Assembly: GCA_020633435.1 (NCBI GenBank)
Contig: JACKDP010000007.1
Span: 195,531-259,530 of the forward strand
DNA: 64,000 nt
Direction of reading: 5' to 3'
DNA from: Myxococcales bacterium
GTDB taxonomy: Bacteria > Myxococcota_A > Bradymonadia > UBA7976 > UBA1532
Shown here: one piece after another, positions 57,847 through 64,000 of the stretch
Numbering within the stretch: the first letter of the stretch is position 1
Layout of the letters: every line of letters starts with the position of its first letter
The notes under the pieces: generated by a model
What the model was told of the DNA's origin: nothing
Database searches by the model: none
What the model saw: only the letters and a program-made list of their open reading frames with translations
Program-made: the position numbers and the translations under genes

Positions 57847-58407
57847 ATGAGATCGACACCGATGTTCTTCGTCGTCGGCGCGCTGGCTGCCGGCGGTCTC
57901 GCGGCGTGCAACCGGCGGAGCTCCAGCGCCGCGGACGCCACCGTGTCGGACGGGGCCGTCGACTTCTACGAGGGCTACCCCGAGAGCAACGACGGCTGGT
58001 ACTCCGAGGGCGAGGGCGGCCCCGAAGGCGGCGGCGGTGGCGGGGGCGCCGGGGGCACCCCGGTCGTCGACGCGGGCCAGGCGGACGGGGGGGCGGTGGA
58101 TGGCGGCGCCGGCGACGGCGGTGTCCCGGGCGCCGCCGATGGCAGCGTCTCTGACGGCACGGTCTCCGACGGCACGGTCTCCGACGGCGGCGCAGCCGAC
58201 GGGGCGCCCGGCGCGCCCGCGGACGCCGGGCCGGCGGACGGGGGCGGCAGCGACGGCGGGCCCGCGATGGATGGCGGCTCGGCCGGGGCTCCCCGCGGGC
58301 TCGACTGGTCCGAGCTCGCCTGGTGCGCCCCCGAAGGGCGCCCGGCTGGCCTCCGGGCGTACCGGGGCCTGCAGCACCTCTTCCTGGTCGAGCGCACCCC
58401 CGGCTGA
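57847..58407 (+). CDS. Gly/Asp-rich low-complexity lipoprotein
   Basis: Lipobox FFVVGALAAGGLAAC. Contains a 15-bp x3 in-frame tandem repeat (VSDGT)3. The antisense ORFs are junk. Confidence 0.5.
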   Translation: MRSTPMFFVVGALAAGGLAACNRRSSSAADATVSDGAVDFYEGYPESNDGWYSEGEGGPEGGGGGGGAGGTPVVDAGQADGGAVDGGAGDGGVPGAADGSVSDGTVSDGTVSDGGAADGAPGAPADAGPADGGGSDGGPAMDGGSAGAPRGLDWSELAWCAPEGRPAGLRAYRGLQHLFLVERTPG

Positions 58408-58509
58408 CCCGATCGAAGATCACGCCGACGCGCCCGAAGGCCTCGCCCTGCCGGCCCGGCGGCCCCTGCGGTACACCGGTCGAGCCCGATCGGTGGGCAG
58501 GAGGCGAGC

Positions 58510-59394
58510 ATGTACGACGTGGTGATTGCAGGCGGCGGCCCGGCGGGCCTCTCAGCGGCGTTGACGCTGGGGCGGGCCCGGCGGCGGGTCCTGGTGTGCG
58601 ACGCAGGCCCGCGCCGCAACGCGGCGGCGGAGCACGTCCACGGCTTCCTCACGCGCGATGGCGTCACCCCCGACGCCCTGCGGGCGCACGGCCGGGCTGA
58701 CCTGGCCGCGTACCCCGGCGTCGAGGTCCGCGACGTCTCCGTCCTCGGCATCACGGGCGAGCGGGGCGCCTTCCGGGTGGCGCTGCCCGAGGGCGAGGTC
58801 GTGGCCCGGCGGATCCTCCTGTGCACCGGGCTCGTGGACGAGCTGCTGCCCATCGAGGGCTTCGCCGCGCTCTGGGGCCGGTCCATCTTCCAGTGTCCGT
58901 ACTGCCATGGCTGGGAGCGGCGGGACCAGCGGTGGGCCTGCCTCGCCCGCGGCCCGGAGGCTCTGCACTTCGGCCCGCTGCTGCGGTCGTGGACGGCTCA
59001 CGTGACCATGCTCGCCGCGCCTGGCCTGCCGGGGGACGTCGTGGCGGGCCTGCGGGCGGCCGGGCTCACCGTCGAGGAGCGGCCGATCGCGCGGCTCGTG
59101 GCCGGCCCGGGAGGCCTCGAAGCCATCGCGTTCACGGAGGGCCCCGCGCTCCCATGCGACGTCCTCTTCGCCCACCCGCCCCAGCGCCCCGTCGCTCTCG
59201 TCACCGCCCTGGGCCTCGCGCTCGACGAGGCGGGGCTCGTCCGCGCCGACCCCATGACCCGCGAGACCTCGGTGCCGGGCGTCTACGCCGCCGGCGACAC
59301 CTCGACGCGCATGCAGGCCGCCCTGCAGGCCGCCGCCGCCGGCGCCTGGGCGGGCGCGACGATCAACGGCGACCTCGCCGTCCGGGGCGGTTGA
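58510..59394 (+). CDS. FAD-dependent pyridine-nucleotide-disulfide oxidoreductase (thioredoxin-reductase-like)
   Basis: FAD site VVIAGGGPAGLSAAL. Redox CxxC site CPYCHGWE. AGGAGG RBS. Confidence 0.8.
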   Translation: MYDVVIAGGGPAGLSAALTLGRARRRVLVCDAGPRRNAAAEHVHGFLTRDGVTPDALRAHGRADLAAYPGVEVRDVSVLGITGERGAFRVALPEGEVVARRILLCTGLVDELLPIEGFAALWGRSIFQCPYCHGWERRDQRWACLARGPEALHFGPLLRSWTAHVTMLAAPGLPGDVVAGLRAAGLTVEERPIARLVAGPGGLEAIAFTEGPALPCDVLFAHPPQRPVALVTALGLALDEAGLVRADPMTRETSVPGVYAAGDTSTRMQAALQAAAAGAWAGATINGDLAVRGG

Positions 59395-59397
59395 CCC

Positions 59398-60213
59398 TCA
59401 GCCCGCCGCCGCCCGCCAGGCCGCGGGCGTCACGCCGTGGTGGCGCCGGAACATGCGGATGAAGTGGGTCGCGTCGCCGTAGCCCACCCGCTCCGCCACG
59501 TCCTCGACCCCCAGCGCCGTCTGCTGCAGCAGTCGCCGCGCCTCCGCGAGCCGGGTCAGCGTGATCCAGGCCGTCACCGTGCGCCCCGTCGCGCGCCGCA
59601 GCGCGGTGGTCAGGTGCGTCGGCGTCCGGCCCACCGCCTCCGCCACCTCCGCCACCGTGCGCGGCCGCAGCGCGTGGCGCTCGATGTAGCCCAGGCTCGC
59701 GCTCACCAGCCCCGGCGCCCCCGACGGCGGCCCCAGGGCCCGCTGCACCTCGCCCAGGACCAGCGTCACCAGGCTCTCCCGGACGGCCGGTGGCCCCGAC
59801 GCCTGCGCCAGCTCCTGCAGCAGCGACTCCAGGAAGGCCTGCCGCGCCGCGGGGATGCTCACCACCGCCGCCCCCCCGTCCCGCACCCGCTCGAACGGAT
59901 CCACCAGCCCGCTCGCCGCCGCCCGCGCGCTCGGCGCCCAGAGCGCCAGCCCCCAGTACTCGGCCCCCTCGGCCGCCAGCAGGCGATGCGCGCTCCCGGC
60001 CGGCACCAGCAGCACGTCCCCGACGCCCACGCGCCACTCCCCCGCCAGCTCCACCCGCGCCCGCCCGGCCGTGTACACCCCCAACGCCGCGAACCCATGG
60101 CTCACCGGCGGATGCCCAGCCCGGGCCACCTGCCTTGCCCGCACCGCCCGCCCGTCCATGGGCAGGTGATGGTCGACGACGATCCCCTGAGAACAGTGAC
60201 TCCGAGGCGGCAT
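59398..60213 (-). CDS. AraC-family transcriptional regulator (cupin + HTH)
   Basis: C-terminal AraC HTH ...AEVAEAVGRTPTHLTTALRR...GYGDATHFIRMFRRHHGVTP. Start ambiguous (ATG at 60213 or 60159). Confidence 0.8.
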   Translation of the reverse strand: MPPRSHCSQGIVVDHHLPMDGRAVRARQVARAGHPPVSHGFAALGVYTAGRARVELAGEWRVGVGDVLLVPAGSAHRLLAAEGAEYWGLALWAPSARAAASGLVDPFERVRDGGAAVVSIPAARQAFLESLLQELAQASGPPAVRESLVTLVLGEVQRALGPPSGAPGLVSASLGYIERHALRPRTVAEVAEAVGRTPTHLTTALRRATGRTVTAWITLTRLAEARRLLQQTALGVEDVAERVGYGDATHFIRMFRRHHGVTPAAWRAAAG

Positions 60214-60368
60214 GCACCCTCCTGGCCGAGCGGCACTGGCGCCCAGCGGCCCATCAACGATCGGCCCCAAGCGCGCACGTCACGCCGGGGCACCCGCCCC
60301 TGGAGCCTACCGGGTCGACTCCTGGGGCGCCGCACACCCTCACGGACGAGCGGGCCGTGGAGGCGGCC

Positions 60369-61475
60369 TCAAGGAAGGGCGGCGGCGGAGAGCAGCACGA
60401 TCCGGTCTCGAAGCTGCTCGGCGATGGCCAGCCTCGGCGGCTGGCCGGCCTGGGCGGGGAGCGCGACCATCCCGCCGCCTCCGTGAAGCGTCCCGTCCCA
60501 GGCTACGGGGACACGACCCGGGTCATCACCCCGAGAGAACACGAGGCTGGGATGGCCCGTGTAGGGCGAGTCGAGGAGGACCGCGAAGTCGCTGCGTCCG
60601 TCCTGGTCGAAGTCGTCGGCGACGATGGCCTGCGCCAACGAGTAGTCACAGCCATTGGGGAGCCGCACGCCGCCGCCGGTCCACAGGCACGACGACTCCG
60701 AAACGATGGCCTGGTCGCCGCGAACCTGCAGGCGGTGGGCGGTGGTCGAGGCCACCAGCAGCTCGCCACCCTGGCCGCGACCTGAATGGGTCGCCATCGC
60801 GGTGATGCTGGCGATGTCGTCTCTGCCGACTTCGAGGACGCGCTCCCGGAATCGCCCGGCGCCGTCGTTCTCGATGACGAACATGGCCGCGAGCCCGGTG
60901 TGGTTTTCGCCGCCCGCCAGGACGACGTCGAGGTCTCCATCGCCCTCCAGGTCGACCGCGACCGCCGACAGCAGCTGGACGAGCGGGTGGCTGAAGCGCG
61001 CCGCTTCCTGGCCATCGACCACGACGGTGACGGTCGAATCGGCGGTCTTCAGGATCAGATCGGTTGGACCGACGCCGTCCAGATCGGCGGCCAGCCAGAC
61101 CGCCCCCGGCTGGCCGAGGAGCTGGGTCGGTGGCTCGAAGGTCCCGTCGCCGCGGCCCCGAAGGAGCTGGATGGTCAACCCGCCCGCCGCGAGGTCGATC
61201 TTGCCGTCGCCGTCGAAGTCGCCGGCGACCAGGCCCCAGAGCGGCGGCACCACGGCGGTGTGGACCGGAGCCCCCAGGCCAGGGTGAACGGCGATCGCCC
61301 GCTCGCACTGGACGACGAGGTCGGTGTCGCCATCCCCGTTGACGTCCGCGGCGAGCAGATCGAGGGGTCTTGAGCAGGTCGACAGATACTGGACGGCAGG
61401 TGGGCCGTCTCGCCCGCCGTCGTCACACGCCGGCACCAGGAAGAGGCTCCCGAAGACGAAGGCCAACGACCGCAT
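60369..61475 (-). CDS. FG-GAP/VCBS-repeat lipoprotein
   Basis: Start trimmed to MRSLAFVFGSLFLVPAC. Repeated DxDGDGxxD motifs. Confidence 0.75.
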   Translation of the reverse strand: MRSLAFVFGSLFLVPACDDGGRDGPPAVQYLSTCSRPLDLLAADVNGDGDTDLVVQCERAIAVHPGLGAPVHTAVVPPLWGLVAGDFDGDGKIDLAAGGLTIQLLRGRGDGTFEPPTQLLGQPGAVWLAADLDGVGPTDLILKTADSTVTVVVDGQEAARFSHPLVQLLSAVAVDLEGDGDLDVVLAGGENHTGLAAMFVIENDGAGRFRERVLEVGRDDIASITAMATHSGRGQGGELLVASTTAHRLQVRGDQAIVSESSCLWTGGGVRLPNGCDYSLAQAIVADDFDQDGRSDFAVLLDSPYTGHPSLVFSRGDDPGRVPVAWDGTLHGGGGMVALPAQAGQPPRLAIAEQLRDRIVLLSAAALP

Positions 61476-61797
61476 GCTGTGTTCCCCTGCTCGCACTCTT
61501 GCCCGTGTCCGTGGACGATACAAGCGACCCCGTGGGGCAACAACACCATCTCCGCAAGGTCTCGAAATCGTTGGTAAAATGTCGTCGTGCCCGCAAGCGC
61601 GGGTGGCCGGCTGCCGCGACAGGCCGACGCAGACCACCTGCGCCACGACGACGCGCCCTCCGCTGGCCGCGCAAGGTCAAGGGCGTCGCCTGCCCCCAGC
61701 TCGTCGATGCGCCCCACGGCGACGCCACCATCAGCACCCGCGCCGTCTGCACCAGCGCCCGCGGCACCCCCGGCGCCCCGCCCGCCGCGCCCTTCGG

Positions 61798-61924
61798 GCG
61801 CCCTTCGAGTCTACCGGGTAGACCGTCGAGGGCCTGCAACGTACCGCTGGGGCTGTAGCCGGCGCCCTTCGAGCCTACCGGGTAGACCCTTGAGGGCCTG
61901 CAACGTACCGCTGGGGCTGTAGCG
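61798..61924. repeat. Two tandem copies of a 65-bp palindrome-containing repeat
   Basis: GCGCCCTTCGAG(T/C)CTACCGGGTAGACC(G/C)T(C/T)GAGGGCCTGCAACGTACCGCTGGGGCTGTAGC x2 (period 65, about 95 % identity), with a partial third start just upstream. It contains the palindrome GTCTACCGGGTAGAC. It lies ~175 bp 3' of the COG1943-like gene. Confidence 0.85.
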
Positions 61925-62098
61925 GGTGGAGGCAATCGCCGCGGTGCGGGTCGTCTGGGAGGGTGCTTTCGGGGGAGGGCGGCCGGTCGAGGGGGTCGGC
62001 GCCCGCAAGCGGCGGCGTCGCGCTGGACGCGGGGCGCACCTCACCCATCACACCCCTCGGCGTCGCCCGTCCCGCAATCGAAGTCGCCGGCCCCGCCG

Positions 62099-63034
62099 TC
62101 AGGCGGAGCCGGCGCGCGCTCGCCTGGGCCGCGCGAAGGCGGGCGGCAGCGTGTGGGGCGGCCACGGCAGCATGGGCTGCGTCGGGTCGGCCTGCCAGGC
62201 GCGGAAGGCGCGGGTGGCCAGGGAGTAGGCGGCGCGCAGGGCGGCGTGCTCCCGCCGCCACTGGGCGTGATGGGCGGGCGGGCCGTGGACGACCGGGGCG
62301 GGGCTGCGGTCGCGCGTCCGCGGCCGCGTCATCGGATCGAGCCGCCGCAGGGCCTCGGGCGTGGGCAGCGCGACGCCGGCCTTCTTTCGCCGCGGCCGCG
62401 CCTCCGCCGCCAGGTCGTCGGCCAGGCACCACATCAGCGTCCGGTGGTCCCCGATCGACAGGTCCTCCAGCCCGGGCAGGCGGTCGACGCGCACCGTGAC
62501 CCGCAGCGGCTCCGCGTTGGCGTACCGGAACGTCCCCTCGATGGGCCGCCCATGAAGCAGCGCGGGGGTGGAGCACGGGAAGATGTCGTCGGCCGGGTGC
62601 CGCACCAGGAACGCCGCCGTGGCCTGGCCCATCAGGTACCGCAGCCGCTCCAGCGCGTGCTCCACCGTCGTGACCTGGATGCAGTGGTTCTGCGCCAGCA
62701 GGCTGCCCGTCCTCCCCAGCAACTTGTTGATCCGCTTCGAGATCTCCCGCAGCGTCCACTCCAGGAAGGCGCTCTTGTCGGCCAGCGTGGGCGCCCCGAT
62801 GAGCAGGTGCAGGTGGTTGGACAGGAAGTGGAAGCCGTAGACGTCGATGAGCGGGAAGAGCTGCTGGGCCCGCCCCAGCACCCCGAGCAGCACGTCCACG
62901 CACGCCTGCGTCGGGACGAAGGCGAAGCGGTCGTCGACGACTTTGCTGGTGACTTCGAAGAGCGAGACCATGAGCCCGAGCCGGGCGCTGAGCACCTTGT
63001 GCTCGGCCTGCTCGATGCGGAGCTTCTCGGCCAT
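62099..63034 (-). CDS. IS200/COG1943 (RAYT-like) HUH transposase-domain protein with a long Pro/Arg-rich C-terminal extension
   Basis: GGGAGG RBS. HUH motif in VYGFHFLSNHLHLLIG, then ...REISKRINKLLGRTGSLLAQNHCIQVTTVEHALERLRYLMGQ, which fits the COG1943 layout. The position of the usual catalytic Tyr (WQRGYY) reads LAQNHC. Confidence 0.5.
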   Translation of the reverse strand: MAEKLRIEQAEHKVLSARLGLMVSLFEVTSKVVDDRFAFVPTQACVDVLLGVLGRAQQLFPLIDVYGFHFLSNHLHLLIGAPTLADKSAFLEWTLREISKRINKLLGRTGSLLAQNHCIQVTTVEHALERLRYLMGQATAAFLVRHPADDIFPCSTPALLHGRPIEGTFRYANAEPLRVTVRVDRLPGLEDLSIGDHRTLMWCLADDLAAEARPRRKKAGVALPTPEALRRLDPMTRPRTRDRSPAPVVHGPPAHHAQWRREHAALRAAYSLATRAFRAWQADPTQPMLPWPPHTLPPAFARPRRARAGSA

Positions 63035-63116
63035 GAGGGACCTCCCAGTCAGGGCGTTCCCTCTCTCATCGGTCAGTCGCGGCGCGTGTCGCAGGATTTC
63101 TCGAAAAAAGTGCCGC

Positions 63117-63962
63117 CTACGCCAGCACCCGGTTGTCCAGCAGCCGCGTCTGGCCGAACCAGACCGCCATCGCCAGCACCACCGGCCCCGTGATGGGCCC
63201 CGCCGGGCGCGTCAGGTCCAGCGCGTCGCGCACCTCCAGGTAGTCGATGCGCGCCCGCGCCGAGGCCGCGACCAGCGCCCGCGCCGTCTGCTCCAGCGCG
63301 TCCGCGTCGCGCTCCCCCGCCGCCCACACCGCCTCGGCCGCCGCCAGCGCCCGGTGCAGGCACAGGGCCTCCCGCCGCTCGTCGGCCCCCAGGTACTGGT
63401 TGCGGCTGCTCATGGCCAGCCCATCCGCCTCGCGCACGATGGGGTGCCCCACGATCTCCACCGGCACGTCCAGGTCCCGCACCATCCGCCGGATGACCGC
63501 GAGCTGCTGGTAGTCCTTCTCCCCGAAGACCGCCACGTCGCACCGCGTGATGTGCAGCAGCTTCAGCACCACCGTGCAGACGCCGTCGAAGTGCCCCGGC
63601 CGCGACGCCCCGCACAGCGGGCCCGACAGCGCCGGCACCCGCACCACCGTGTCGGCCCCCGGCGGGTACATCTCGGCCACCGGCGGCAGGAACACCGCGT
63701 GGCAGCCCGCCGACCGCGCCTTCGCGAGATCCCCCTCCGTGTCGCGGGGATAGCGCTCGAAGTCCTCCCCCGGGCCGAACTGCGTGGGGTTGACGAAGAT
63801 GCTGGCCAGCACGGCGTCGGCCCGCCGCCCGGCCTCCTCCATCAACGCCAGGTGGCCCGCGTGCAGCGCCCCCATCGTCGGCACGAAGCCGACCCGCCGG
63901 CCGGCCGCGTGGTGGCTCGCCGAGAAGGCCGCGACCTGATCGCGTGTGGTCAAGACGTCCAT
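63117..63962 (-). CDS. panC: Pantoate--beta-alanine ligase
   Basis: GFVPTMGALHAGHLAL, FVNPTQF and MSSRNQYL motifs. Confidence 0.9.
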   Translation of the reverse strand: MDVLTTRDQVAAFSASHHAAGRRVGFVPTMGALHAGHLALMEEAGRRADAVLASIFVNPTQFGPGEDFERYPRDTEGDLAKARSAGCHAVFLPPVAEMYPPGADTVVRVPALSGPLCGASRPGHFDGVCTVVLKLLHITRCDVAVFGEKDYQQLAVIRRMVRDLDVPVEIVGHPIVREADGLAMSSRNQYLGADERREALCLHRALAAAEAVWAAGERDADALEQTARALVAASARARIDYLEVRDALDLTRPAGPITGPVVLAMAVWFGQTRLLDNRVLA

Positions 63963-64000
63963 GGCCGCATCCTGAGAGCCGCCGCCGGGGCCGTCAAGCG

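Overview
This 64 kb window comes from a very GC-rich (~70-72 %) chromosome that looks myxobacterial, judged by gene content and style. About one third of it is conserved housekeeping: (i) the minus-strand glycolytic operon gap-pgk-tpiA-secG at 0.7-4.1 kb; (ii) an 11-kb minus-strand supraoperon kdsA - lpxL-like acyltransferase - lptA - lptB - rpoN - ptsN - hprK - rapZ - mannose-family PTS IIA/IIB/IIC/IID - ptsH - ptsI at 25.2-36.4 kb; (iii) cdnL and panC. The rest is accessory and dominated by eukaryote-like signalling and cell-surface genes: three Hanks-type Ser/Thr kinases (one fused to an FGE-sulfatase domain), an FHA protein, a caspase-like (C14) protein, a TPR-CHAT lipoprotein translationally coupled to an ECF sigma/anti-sigma pair, and a second sigma-like/anti-sigma pair. 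It also holds a 1728-aa Cys-rich secreted lipoprotein with MopE-type repeats and PPC domains, FG-GAP/CRTAC1-like proteins, a PHM-like copper monooxygenase lipoprotein fused to a planctomycete-cytochrome-like domain, a MoaD-like ubiquitin-fold protein ending in GG, a sulfotransferase, and an IS200/COG1943-like transposase-domain gene next to a 65-bp tandem palindromic repeat. Many long antisense ORFs are GC-skew artefacts and were rejected. At three places a recognisable protein continues in another reading frame, which suggests frameshifts or sequencing indels. No rRNA, tRNA or CRISPR array was detected by eye.
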